From the NCBI GenBank assembly GCA_902569095.1, contig CACFSX010000002.1, positions 40,161-104,160 on the forward strand: a stretch of DNA of 64,000 nucleotides. The letters are read 5' to 3'. Each line of letters opens with the position of its first letter. The first letter of the stretch is position 1. The DNA is from an uncultured Alphaproteobacteria bacterium. GTDB taxonomy: Bacteria; Pseudomonadota; Alphaproteobacteria; Methylaequorales; Methylaequoraceae. Of the stretch, positions 33,263 through 42,473 are shown piece by piece. The notes under the pieces are model-generated. The model did no database searches and was not told the origin of the DNA. It worked only from the letters and a program-made list of their open reading frames with translations. The position numbers and the translations under genes were made by a program.

Positions 33263-35359
33263 TTAACGTCTTAATCGTTCATAGTATCGATGTAACTTAT
33301 TACCAACAATTTCTTCAGTTGTATTTCCATTTCGAATATATATTTTTTCCTCCTTATTATCGAGTAATCTCGCAGGTTGATATTTCTTTGGAAGTTTTTT
33401 TACTTTTACAATGCATAGCTCAACATCATTTTCCTTTTCAATTTCAACATGAATAAAATCTTTACAGGCCAATGGTAAAATATAGCTATTAATTTGAGAA
33501 TTTATAAATTGGAGATAAGAATCCTTACTTTTAAATTTAATTGTACTTTTTAAGTCATGTTGGATTCCAACATATTCTTTTATATGATCTTTTTCATGGA
33601 TTCCTATTACCAACTCTCCACCATTACTATTAAGAAAAGCAACGATTGCTTTTAATGTTTGATTTTTTATAAAGTTATAGACTTGTTTTTCACCTGAAAA
33701 CTTTTCTTTTCCTAGGAAGTAAAAATTACCTTCTTTTTTTGGAAATTCTGGATAGGGAGTCCACACACTCGCCTTAAACTCAAATTCAGAATTCTCGTTT
33801 TGCTTTATTTTGTTTTTTTTTCCAGATTGATTGTATATTTCCTCCATTGTTTTAAATTGTTGTTTTAATTTTGCTTGTTCGAGGAATAACTCTTCAACTT
33901 TAGCCTCCATTTCTGTAAGCTTTTTTCCTTTAATATCAATATTGATTGGTCTGGCTATTTTATCTTCTGGAAAAGTTAGAATATTTGTTTTATTTGTCCT
34001 AATATTTATGACGTATTCAAAAAAATCTTCATTTTGAGAAAATAGTCTAATGATTTTTTTATAAATACTTGATTCTTTATCACAGTACTTAAATTGATTT
34101 AATAATGCATCTCTTAATTCTTTATCAACAACTTCCTTGTTTAGTAATTTTTTTTTTCTTCTAAATTCATCAAGGCCGATTTCCAAAAGTTTTAAATGAG
34201 ATTCGCAAAGACTATTAAACTGTAAGCTATTACGTAAGCAATTTATTTTTTCTTCTCCAAAATCTAAAGTTGATGCCAACCCTGTGAATGCGTCATAGAA
34301 GACATTCGCTACTTCGAAATAAGCTTCTGAAAAACCCTCTAATTCTTTTTGTATTTCCTCATTCTCATCCCAATTTTCATAGATATTATTCTCATAAATT
34401 ATTTCGGAATGCTGATCTAAAGTCATTATTATTTGCTCATAAATGTCCTGAGCTTCTTTTTTTTTTCCTTTTTCAAGATATATTTCCGCAATAATCAAAC
34501 AAGCAGTATGATGGTATTCACCATAGTCATATTCAAATAAGTCTGAAGGACCGTAATCGCCCTTAGATATTTCTGCCCATTTAAGAGCCTCATTCTTGTT
34601 TGCGACTAAATATCCTGATAATCCATGAAAGTAAAGATTAGCCAATACAGAAGCATATTCATCTTTAAAGACTGCTGCGTATTCAATTAATAAATCACGC
34701 GCTTGATTAAATTGTTTGTCGGTAACATCTTCACGAGGTGAGTAAGGACGAAAACTAAAAATTTGGTAAGTATCAAAAATAAATACTTCTAAGTACCTTA
34801 GCATGTAGGGGTTTTCACCATAATCAAACTTCGAACTATCTTTTACTTTTAATACTAGTTTTGCTAGGTCAAAAAGAATTTGCTCATATTCTTTATTAGA
34901 AACAAGGTTTTGTTCGCTGCTATTCATATTTTTATAATAAAGTTTTAATAACTGCTCTCTTGCCTTTATGTGATCTGGGTTTGATTTTATAGCTATTTTT
35001 AAATAATGAGCTTGTTCAGAAATATCTTCACGCATAATACTTGCATATAGATATGCAGAAGGACAATGATTTTTGTCGGCACATTTTTTAAAGGTTTCTA
35101 AAGCAAAGCCAATATTTTTTGACAAATCTTTTGTGAGTGATTCCTTCTTATTTGTTTTATCTAATGAACTGAAAAATAAAATTACTGCTACTGTAAATTG
35201 ACTCTTTAAGTCATCTTCTTTAAATTTATCAATAAGAATTTTTTGCTTTACTGTTCTTGGGTTTAAAATCTCATTACTATCTATGAAATTTTCTATTCGT
35301 TTAAAAACTGAATCATCAACCTCTAGGTCTAAATTTTCAATATTCACATTAAGCTTCAT
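33263..35359 (-). CDS. Sel1/TPR-like repeat, coiled-coil and C-terminal AlbA_2 (Schlafen-like) domain protein
   Basis: C-terminus SEFEFKASV...LKAIVAFLNSNGGELVIGIHEKDHIKEYVGI...IYIRNGNTT (AlbA_2). N-terminal half has Sel1-like units (CPSAYLYASIM..., LANLYFHGLSGYLVANKNEALKWAE). Central EAKVEELFLEQAKLKQQFKTMEE is coiled coil. Confidence 0.65.
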   Translation of the reverse strand: MKLNVNIENLDLEVDDSVFKRIENFIDSNEILNPRTVKQKILIDKFKEDDLKSQFTVAVILFFSSLDKTNKKESLTKDLSKNIGFALETFKKCADKNHCPSAYLYASIMREDISEQAHYLKIAIKSNPDHIKAREQLLKLYYKNMNSSEQNLVSNKEYEQILFDLAKLVLKVKDSSKFDYGENPYMLRYLEVFIFDTYQIFSFRPYSPREDVTDKQFNQARDLLIEYAAVFKDEYASVLANLYFHGLSGYLVANKNEALKWAEISKGDYGPSDLFEYDYGEYHHTACLIIAEIYLEKGKKKEAQDIYEQIIMTLDQHSEIIYENNIYENWDENEEIQKELEGFSEAYFEVANVFYDAFTGLASTLDFGEEKINCLRNSLQFNSLCESHLKLLEIGLDEFRRKKKLLNKEVVDKELRDALLNQFKYCDKESSIYKKIIRLFSQNEDFFEYVINIRTNKTNILTFPEDKIARPINIDIKGKKLTEMEAKVEELFLEQAKLKQQFKTMEEIYNQSGKKNKIKQNENSEFEFKASVWTPYPEFPKKEGNFYFLGKEKFSGEKQVYNFIKNQTLKAIVAFLNSNGGELVIGIHEKDHIKEYVGIQHDLKSTIKFKSKDSYLQFINSQINSYILPLACKDFIHVEIEKENDVELCIVKVKKLPKKYQPARLLDNKEEKIYIRNGNTTEEIVGNKLHRYYERLRR

Positions 35360-35514
35360 TTTATTAAAATTTTCTGCAAAAATAATTCAGCACTATAAAG
35401 TAAACCAAAATTAAGAAAAACAATCCATAACTAATTAGTTCTATTAATGTGGGTTGCGCTGAGTGCACATTGATTATGCATTCACTGAATAGAATTTATG
35501 TACTCAGTACATAT

Positions 35515-35565
35515 ATAACTATCTGATCTAACTATCTAATCTAACTATCCATCTAATTTATCTAA
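35515..35565. repeat. Short direct repeats of TCTAACTATC(T/C) near the island end
   Basis: ataactatctga / tctaactatctaa / tctaactatccatctaa, about 155 bp from the att core. Confidence 0.55.
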
Positions 35566-35718
35566 AAAGAATAATAAGACTGTAAAAAATATTGTTAATG
35601 GATTTTGTTGTTATAAGCACAACTAGAACTAAACTATTTCTTTTATAATTATGAGATGATGAAAGTGGAGCCCCCGTGGAGCCCCGAGGGTTCGGTGTGA
35701 TTCGTAATTCCCTGAAAC

Positions 35719-35776
35719 CCTTAGTGAGTGGTGCCGCTTGAGAGATTTGAACTCCCGACCCACTGATTACAAATCA
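35719..35776. repeat. Island-end direct repeat inside the intact tRNA-Thr (att site)
   Basis: Identical to 19976-20033. Confidence 0.92.
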
Positions 35777-35804
35777 GTTGCTCTACCAACTGAGCTAAAG
35801 CGGC
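35729..35804 (-). tRNA. tRNA-Thr (UGU)
   Basis: Reverse complement GCCGCTTTAGCTCAGTTGGTAGAGCAACTGATTTGTAATCAGTGGGTCGGGAGTTCAAATCTCTCAAGCGGCACCA. Anticodon loop TTTGTAA. Confidence 0.9.
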
Positions 35805-35844
35805 ATAAGTGATCAAATTACATAAAAATTATTTTTTTTTCAAC

Positions 35845-36075
35845 CTAATTTTGTGGAGGCTCAAATGGCAGTTCGTCTTCAACATTTTGTTTATTAGTCT
35901 CCATATTATTTGGGTTGGCAAATGAACTAGGTGTGCACTGCTTCATAACAACTTGAGCAAAAAGAGATTCTTTACATTTTACCCATGGTGGTGCTTCTCT
36001 ATTCCTTCCAAACCAAAATGAACTAATCACAAGAATTAAAATTAAAACTGAGATTATCCACATACTTCTAGACAT
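35845..36075 (-). CDS. Small membrane-anchored hypothetical protein
   Basis: 76 aa with an N-terminal TM segment. Located 2 nt downstream of panD. Confidence 0.4.
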   Translation of the reverse strand: MSRSMWIISVLILILVISSFWFGRNREAPPWVKCKESLFAQVVMKQCTPSSFANPNNMETNKQNVEDELPFEPPQN

Positions 36076-36077
36076 AA

Positions 36078-36476
36078 TTATATCGAAACCACATTATTAC
36101 GTTGAACGGGAATTGAAGATTTTATTGTATCAATGATATTAGATTCATTTTTAAAATAAATAAGTTTTGGAATGTGTTTTTTAACATCTTTTTTATTTAT
36201 ATCTGCATATGTACAGATTATAACTTTATCATTTTTGTTACCTTTAAAGGCAGCAGCTCCATTGAGTGTGATTATGCCGCTCCCGCTTTCAGCTTTGATG
36301 GCATAAGTTGTAAATCTTTCTCCATTAACTAAATTATAAATATGAATCATTTCATATTCTGAAATATCAGCAGCATTTAACAATTCACTATCAATTGCAC
36401 ATGAACCCTCGTAATCTAGGTGAGTGTTTGTAATTGTTGCCCTGTGAAGCTTTGATTTTAAAATGCTAATTTTCAT
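36078..36476 (-). CDS. panD: Aspartate 1-decarboxylase
   Basis: MKISILKSKLHRATITNTHLDYEGSCAID contains the self-processing Gly-Ser site. Internal Met preferred over the ORF-track start 36494. Confidence 0.9.
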   Translation of the reverse strand: MKISILKSKLHRATITNTHLDYEGSCAIDSELLNAADISEYEMIHIYNLVNGERFTTYAIKAESGSGIITLNGAAAFKGNKNDKVIICTYADINKKDVKKHIPKLIYFKNESNIIDTIKSSIPVQRNNVVSI

Positions 36477-36540
36477 TAATGTAACTAAAAACATAATGAT
36501 GATAGATAATCAACTAAAAATATAATATAATATACTGTTT

Positions 36541-38358
36541 ATGAAATTAAGAAGATGGCAACAAAAAGTAATTGATGAATTTCCTGAAATTACAAAAAAT
36601 TACAAGAAGTTTATCTTAAAAGCTCCAACTGGAGCTGGTAAGACTGTTTTAGCAAGTGAGATAATAAATAGATTTTATAAAAATAAAAAAATAGTTGTTC
36701 TTTGTCATAGATTAGTTTTATTAGAACAGCTTGAAAAAGGGTTATCTACCGATCACAAAGTAAAAAAACTTGGTCTATCCGAAGAGGGAACTCCATTTGA
36801 TAATTATGATGTTTTAATCTCAACTAATTTAAGGTCCAGAGATTTTCTTCAAAATGCAATCAAACATTGTGATTTACTCATAATTGACGAGGCACATAGA
36901 GTTTCACCAAACGGACAAGCTTACAAGGAGTTACTTGATCAATTTGACAAAGAATCTGCAGAACAATCTAAACTTCTTGGTCTAACTGCCTCTCCTGAGA
37001 GAAGAACAGGTGATCAAAAAGACCAACTGGGTTTAGCATTTGATGCTATCATAGATTGTGCTGACATTGAGGAATTAATCAGAGAAGGTGTTCTTGTTCC
37101 AGCTGATTATCGCTCGTTTTTTATTCACGATTTAGAACTCGATAATATGGATATTTCTACAGGCGACTTTCCAATAGAACAATTGTCTAATGCCATTATT
37201 AAGTCTTCAATGATTGAATATGCTATAAACATATATCTTGCAGAAACAAAAAAAATGAAAGACAAACCTATTTCTGCGTGGTTTTGTCCAGATATTTTAG
37301 TTGCTGAGGAAACCAAAAAGCAGGTAGCAGACAAAAATCTCAATGTTGAGTTAATTACTGCTAAAACTCCAATTAAAGAAAGATTAGAGATACTTAAAAA
37401 GCATGAGGTTGGTGATCTTGAGTGTTTGATTTCCGTAGGAGTTCTCTCTGAAGGGTGGGATAACCCAAATTGCAATATTATTGTTCATCTAAGGCCAACT
37501 TTATCAAAAGTATTTTGGGGACAATCAGTTGGACGGGGTTTAAGATCGGCTGATGGTAAGACTAAATGTTTGGTTATAGATGTAAGCTCAAACTTCACAA
37601 CCTTTGGGCCTGTTGAACAACTTAAGTGGAAACTAATGAATCATAGAAAATCTTACTTGGAATTTAAAAATAGGTTTAATTGGGTGAGTAAACAGCAATT
37701 TGTAAAAGACAGAGATTACACTTATTTACTTTGTGAAGGACCCAGTGACACTGGGAAAAGATGTTCACTTGTATACAAAAAAAAGCAACTTTCAGACGAG
37801 GCATGTCCAATATGTAAGTCTTATGCTTCAACAGACCTTTACAAAGATAATAAAATTGAAAAACCTAAAAATGATAACAGTCTTCACAAGATTTTTTTTG
37901 AAAAAGTACCAAAAATTTTTGAGGATATGAATAAAAATATATGGCAAAATATGGAAGCTACGGCTTGGCGAGATGCTAATATTTATGAAAAATTATTTCT
38001 AACATTTTGTTTGGCTTTCGACTTTGTATCAGGTGAAATGACTAATTCTGAACATGAGTTCTGGAACCTAACCTTGGATGCTGAAAAAAAAATACGAGAG
38101 TTTTTATTTGAAAGGGAAATTACTATTCCACAGCAGGAAGAGTTTATATTTACTACATTAGCAGACGGATTAAGTAAAGGTAGAGTTATAAGACCAGTTC
38201 AAACAAATTATGGTATTGCTTTGTGCGGTGAAAATTTTGTTAAAAATTCAAGTGATGAAAATGAAAGAAAATTTCAAAAAGCTTTACAAGTAATTGAAAG
38301 AATCGCAGCGATGGGTGTAACTAATACAGAGGAATTGCCATACTATAAGATAAACTAA
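36541..38358 (+). CDS. Superfamily-2 DEAH helicase (type III restriction Res-like core) with a C-terminal Zn-ribbon extension
   Basis: Walker A APTGAGKT and motif II IIDEAHR. Helicase C motifs (SVGVLSEGWDNPN, QSVGRGLR). CEGPSDTGKRC...CPIC, then ~190 aa unassigned. Confidence 0.75.
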   Translation: MKLRRWQQKVIDEFPEITKNYKKFILKAPTGAGKTVLASEIINRFYKNKKIVVLCHRLVLLEQLEKGLSTDHKVKKLGLSEEGTPFDNYDVLISTNLRSRDFLQNAIKHCDLLIIDEAHRVSPNGQAYKELLDQFDKESAEQSKLLGLTASPERRTGDQKDQLGLAFDAIIDCADIEELIREGVLVPADYRSFFIHDLELDNMDISTGDFPIEQLSNAIIKSSMIEYAINIYLAETKKMKDKPISAWFCPDILVAEETKKQVADKNLNVELITAKTPIKERLEILKKHEVGDLECLISVGVLSEGWDNPNCNIIVHLRPTLSKVFWGQSVGRGLRSADGKTKCLVIDVSSNFTTFGPVEQLKWKLMNHRKSYLEFKNRFNWVSKQQFVKDRDYTYLLCEGPSDTGKRCSLVYKKKQLSDEACPICKSYASTDLYKDNKIEKPKNDNSLHKIFFEKVPKIFEDMNKNIWQNMEATAWRDANIYEKLFLTFCLAFDFVSGEMTNSEHEFWNLTLDAEKKIREFLFEREITIPQQEEFIFTTLADGLSKGRVIRPVQTNYGIALCGENFVKNSSDENERKFQKALQVIERIAAMGVTNTEELPYYKIN

Positions 38359-38363
38359 TAATA

Positions 38364-38654
38364 TTAGTTTGGATCATAAATACATATTAAAGTCAGGCCA
38401 CTTCCTCTTTTATGGATGATTTTAACCTCGTCTTTTGTAATTATTGTGTGCTCAAGATTACATAATTTTACAATTAACTCTTCTTCTCTTACTTTTATGT
38501 CAAAATAAAGAAGCAGTTTATCACCTTTATCACATATTTTTAATTTCTCTTGAATTTCATTTACTGATTTAATGATCGGTGGCTTGCAAATCTTTTTTGC
38601 TATGCTCAGATTTGATGTAAGTAAAATAAAGGAAATGATAAAAATTTTTTGCAT
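38364..38654 (-). CDS. Small secreted hypothetical protein
   Basis: 96 aa with a signal peptide. Start overlaps the upstream stop by 1 nt (TAATG). Confidence 0.45.
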   Translation of the reverse strand: MQKIFIISFILLTSNLSIAKKICKPPIIKSVNEIQEKLKICDKGDKLLLYFDIKVREEELIVKLCNLEHTIITKDEVKIIHKRGSGLTLICIYDPN

Positions 38655-40342
38655 TAGATTGTTGCAGAAACTTTACCCAAATGTTTTGTTAACTTCATAT
38701 TTTCAGCATAGTCGACAGGGACACCTATTATTGCAGGACCATTCTGTTTAAAAGCTTCATTAAGGGCTGGAATAAATTGATCTGCAGAGTGCACTTGTTT
38801 TCCCCACATACCAAAAGATTTGGCTAACTCAAGAAAATTTGGGTTGTCAAATTTTAGATCTGAATGTTCACCTTTAAATTGAACTTGTTGTTTCCATTTT
38901 ATTAAACCATATTCACCGTCTAACCAAACAACAGCAACAATATTTATTTTCTTTCTAACTGCAGTTTCTAAATCTTGCACGTTCATAAGGAATCCAGCAT
39001 CACCATTTACTGAAAGTACTTTTTTGTCTGGAAATGCCATTTTTGCTCCTATTGAACCAGGAAGAGCAAAACCCATTGTACAAAATCCATTGGAGATAAG
39101 ACATGTATTTGGATTGACACAATTATACTCTCTTGCAACCCACATCTTATGAGCCCCAACGTCTGAAAGTATAATATCATCTTCGCTGAGTACTTTCTTT
39201 ATGTCTGCCAAGACTCTCTGTGGTTTCATTGGGAATGAGTTATCTTCATTATTTTTATCTAAATGATTTAACATTTTTGATCTTAATTTTTCCCTTGAAT
39301 CAATGTTGAATAATGGCAATTGACTTCTAGAAACTTTATTAATTAAAGCTAAATTTAGTTGATAGAGAGCACCTGCTAAATCTGCGATAATTTCAACGTT
39401 AGGAAGATAGTCTCTGTCTACTTCTGCAGGAGTATAGTCAATGTGAATAATCTTCTTTTCTCTCCCTTCAATTCTATTCCAAGCTGATGGCGAATATTCA
39501 ACTAAATCGTAACCTATAGCAATTACTAAATCTGACTCATCAATTGCCAAATTGTTGTAATCACCACTTCCAAGTCCAATAGTAAATAGGGAATGTTTAT
39601 CTTTAAAAGAAACTGATCCTTTGCCCATAAAAGTATTAATTACGCCGATTCCTAAATTCTCTACTAACACCCTAAGTCTGGTAGATGCTCTTTTTCGTAT
39701 GGTTCCGTTTCCAGCAAGGATAATTGGATTTTTTGCATCCAAAATGAGATTAAGTGCCATTTCAATTGCCCTATTATCAGCTGCTGGTCTTCTTATCAAA
39801 GTTGGTTTAATTGGTGTGTCTTTTATTTCTTCTTTTGCAATATCCTCTGGAAATTCAACAACGGTAACACCTGGTTTTTCAGTTTCAGCTACCTTAAAGG
39901 CTTTTCTTACTACTTCAGTTATATTTTTTGGGGATAAAATAGTTTGCGCCCATTTTGATATAGGGTGAACCATGCTTATTGAATCCATAATTTGGTGACT
40001 TTCTTTGTGAAGTCTATTTGTAGATCCTTGTCCAATTATTGCTACTACTGGGGATCTATCCATGTTAGCATCCGCTAATCCTGTCATAAGGTTAGTAACG
40101 CCAGGACCTAGTGTGGATAAACAAACTCCTGCTTTACCAGTTAACCTGCCGTATGCATCAGCCATAAAAGCAGCTGCTTGCTCGTGTCTACATAAAATAA
40201 ATTCTATTTTTTTACTTTGTTTTAAGGAAATCATAAAATCAGCATTCTCTTCTCCGGGAACTCCGAATATCCGGGTAACCCCTTCCTCTTCAAGACATTT
40301 TACGAATAAATCTGATGCTTTCATTTCTTTTCTCCTTTGCAA
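38654..40342 (-). CDS. Thiamine-diphosphate enzyme, acetolactate synthase-like
   Basis: GVPGEEN, LGPGVTNL and the TPP motif NGDAGFLMNVQDLET. The true start may be the Met at 40324 (MKASDLF). Confidence 0.85.
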   Translation of the reverse strand: MQRRKEMKASDLFVKCLEEEGVTRIFGVPGEENADFMISLKQSKKIEFILCRHEQAAAFMADAYGRLTGKAGVCLSTLGPGVTNLMTGLADANMDRSPVVAIIGQGSTNRLHKESHQIMDSISMVHPISKWAQTILSPKNITEVVRKAFKVAETEKPGVTVVEFPEDIAKEEIKDTPIKPTLIRRPAADNRAIEMALNLILDAKNPIILAGNGTIRKRASTRLRVLVENLGIGVINTFMGKGSVSFKDKHSLFTIGLGSGDYNNLAIDESDLVIAIGYDLVEYSPSAWNRIEGREKKIIHIDYTPAEVDRDYLPNVEIIADLAGALYQLNLALINKVSRSQLPLFNIDSREKLRSKMLNHLDKNNEDNSFPMKPQRVLADIKKVLSEDDIILSDVGAHKMWVAREYNCVNPNTCLISNGFCTMGFALPGSIGAKMAFPDKKVLSVNGDAGFLMNVQDLETAVRKKINIVAVVWLDGEYGLIKWKQQVQFKGEHSDLKFDNPNFLELAKSFGMWGKQVHSADQFIPALNEAFKQNGPAIIGVPVDYAENMKLTKHLGKVSATI

Positions 40343-40345
40343 ATC

Positions 40346-41725
40346 TTATTTTCTTAAAACTAGCATTTTATCTATTTGCATGTCATGCATAGAATATTTT
40401 ATACCACCTGTTCCATGTCCGGAGTTTTTAAGACCAGCGAATGGCATCCAATCCACTCTAAATGCTGTATGGTCGTTGTGAAAAACTGAAGATGCGTTTA
40501 TTTTTGCGTAGAATTGTAAAAGTTCATTTATTTGATTTGTAAAGATTGACGTTTGAAATGACACATTTACTGAATTTGCATCATCAATAGCTTTTTCTAA
40601 ATCATCAAATTCATTTATTGTTACAACTGGACCAAATATTTCAAACTGAGAAATTTTATCTTCCTTTTTTGGGTTTAAAATTATTGTTTTGTCATAAGTA
40701 CATTCTGACAAAACCTTACCTCCTAAAATTAACTTTGATCCATTTTCTAAAGATTCACTAACCCATTGGTCAACTCGTTTAACTTCAGTGTTCCTGATTA
40801 ATGGACCTACCACGGTTTTTTTATCCAAAGGATCGCCCAAATGCACCTTTTTAACTTCTTCTTTAAATTTGTCTATAAAACTATCCGATACGTTCTTGCT
40901 TAAATATATTCTTTGAACTGATACGCAAACTTGACCAGCATGATAAAAACCTCCTCTTGCTATACTCTTTGCACATAAATCTAAATCGCTATTTTTTGTG
41001 ATAAAGGTTGGTGCCATCCCTCCATGCTCGAGAGAACAACGTGTTCCAGGTGCTAATTTGGAACGTAGAAACCATCCAACTTTACTTGAACCAATAAATG
41101 AAAAAAAATCGATTCTTTCATCTGAAACTAACTTTGTAGCTAACTCTAAATTTTCAGGCATTACAAAGTGACATCTATTTTTTGGTAAACCAGCTTCATA
41201 GAGCATTTCAACAATTTTTAGACAAGAAAGTGGTGTATCTTCTGCTGGTTTTACAATTACGGGACATCCTACGGCTATTGCTGGAATTACCTGATGAATA
41301 ATTAAATTAAATGGATGGTTAAATGCACTTATCGCAAGTACTACACCAATTGGTTCTTTTTGTGTAAATGCAATTCTATTTGAAGAAGCCTCGTTTATAT
41401 TCATGGGAATAACGGAACCACTCTCTGATTTTAAAACTTCTATGCATGATTCAACACCCTCAGCACCCCTTTTAATTTCAATTATTGAGTCGGTAATTGG
41501 CTTGCCACCCTCAGATGTTGCAAGTTCTGCTAAACTTTGGATATTTTCTTGTATAATCTTAATAAAAGATTTTAAAACATTAATTCGTTCTTTGGGAGGA
41601 AAGTCTTCACCTTTATGAATAGAAACTCTGCATGCTTCTTGAACAATACCCTCAATTTCTGAAGAGTTATGAGTTTTTACTGTTCCAACAGTTTCATTGT
41701 TCCAAGGAGATTTAACTTCAAGCAT
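40346..41725 (-). CDS. NAD(P)-dependent aldehyde dehydrogenase
   Basis: Catalytic-region motifs LEHGG and GQVCVSVQR, plus FGPV. 459 aa. Confidence 0.88.
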   Translation of the reverse strand: MLEVKSPWNNETVGTVKTHNSSEIEGIVQEACRVSIHKGEDFPPKERINVLKSFIKIIQENIQSLAELATSEGGKPITDSIIEIKRGAEGVESCIEVLKSESGSVIPMNINEASSNRIAFTQKEPIGVVLAISAFNHPFNLIIHQVIPAIAVGCPVIVKPAEDTPLSCLKIVEMLYEAGLPKNRCHFVMPENLELATKLVSDERIDFFSFIGSSKVGWFLRSKLAPGTRCSLEHGGMAPTFITKNSDLDLCAKSIARGGFYHAGQVCVSVQRIYLSKNVSDSFIDKFKEEVKKVHLGDPLDKKTVVGPLIRNTEVKRVDQWVSESLENGSKLILGGKVLSECTYDKTIILNPKKEDKISQFEIFGPVVTINEFDDLEKAIDDANSVNVSFQTSIFTNQINELLQFYAKINASSVFHNDHTAFRVDWMPFAGLKNSGHGTGGIKYSMHDMQIDKMLVLRK

Positions 41726-41809
41726 AGTTATTTATTATTTACTTTATGAAAGATTTAATTTTATAATAGACAATGTTAATTACAACAAAATATTGAACGG
41801 GATTAATAA

Positions 41810-42295
41810 ATGCCATCATTCGACATAGTATCAAAAGTAGATTTAGCTGAAGTAGACAACGCACTAAATGGAGCAATGAGAGAAATTACAAGCCGATATG
41901 ATTTTAAGAACAGTGAATCAAAAATAATAAGAGTTGATAATCAAATTGAACTGATGGCTGAGGATCAATATAAAATAGATCAAGTTCAACAAATTTTTAG
42001 GACACATCTGGTAAAAAGAAAGCTATCATCTGGTTCTTTTCAATTTTCAAAAGTTGAAGATGCGAGGGGAGGAATGTTAAGACAAAAATCTCCTATTATT
42101 CAAGGAATTGACAAAGACATTTCTCAAATCATTAATAAAACGATTAAAAATTCTAAGCTTAAAGTTCAGGTTTCAATCCGTGGAGAAGAACTAAGAGTTA
42201 CGAGCAGTAAAAGAGATTTGCTGCAAAAAACCATTGAAATGACAAAAGAACTAGATATAAAACAACCGTTACAATTTATAAATTTTAGAGATTGA
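41810..42295 (+). CDS. yajQ: YajQ-family nucleotide-binding protein (UPF0234)
   Basis: MPSFDIVSKVDLAEVDNALNGAMREITSRYDFK is the family-typical N-terminus. Confidence 0.9.
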   Translation: MPSFDIVSKVDLAEVDNALNGAMREITSRYDFKNSESKIIRVDNQIELMAEDQYKIDQVQQIFRTHLVKRKLSSGSFQFSKVEDARGGMLRQKSPIIQGIDKDISQIINKTIKNSKLKVQVSIRGEELRVTSSKRDLLQKTIEMTKELDIKQPLQFINFRD

Positions 42296-42323
42296 ATTGG
42301 CATAAATATTTCATAGGAATTGC

Positions 42324-42473
42324 ATGAAAAAAAAAGACGATACATTCAAAAAACTACTGGATAGTTCCTCAAACACTTTTGTTGACAAATTAGCATCACT
42401 TAAATACGTAAGTAAAAAGGATTCTAAACTTCTTTCATCCGTCGTTTCAGGAATTTTAAAGAAAAAGAAATAA
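42324..42473 (+). CDS. 49-aa Lys-rich small ORF
   Basis: MKKKDDTFKKLLDSSSNTFVDKLASLKYVSKKDSKLLSSVVSGILKKKK with AGGAA upstream. An alternative to the antisense ORF 42311-42517. Weak support. Confidence 0.25.
   Translation: MKKKDDTFKKLLDSSSNTFVDKLASLKYVSKKDSKLLSSVVSGILKKKK

Larger units (their letters stand above)
19976..35776. mobile_element. tRNA-Thr-integrated genomic island (~15.8 kb): integrase, AlpA/Xis-like HTH, candidate defence cargo, no virion genes
   Basis: Perfect 58-bp direct repeats at both ends. One end is inside an intact tRNA-Thr. The integrase is next to the distal repeat and an AlpA-like gene is at 32068. Confidence 0.85.

Noticed and set aside
19976-35776. Island as a prophage
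   Set aside because: No recognisable terminase, portal, capsid, tail or lysis genes. The content is integrase, regulators and defence-like cargo, so it is better described as an integrative island (possibly satellite-like).
39621-40481. Plus-strand ORFs 39621-39968 and 40062-40481
   Set aside because: Both lie entirely antisense within the well-supported TPP-enzyme and aldehyde dehydrogenase genes. The same reasoning applies to the other nested antisense ORFs in the track: 1435, 5491, 6609, 11952, 12495, 13186, 13358, 20379, 23488, 23888, 24995, 27401, 28495, 33831, 34288, 37125, 37733, 41403, 43436, 44136, 44380, 44743, 44886, 45674, 47560, 48792, 50714, 51006, 51253, 53317, 54705, 55909, 57542, 58417, 59611, 61321 and 62041.
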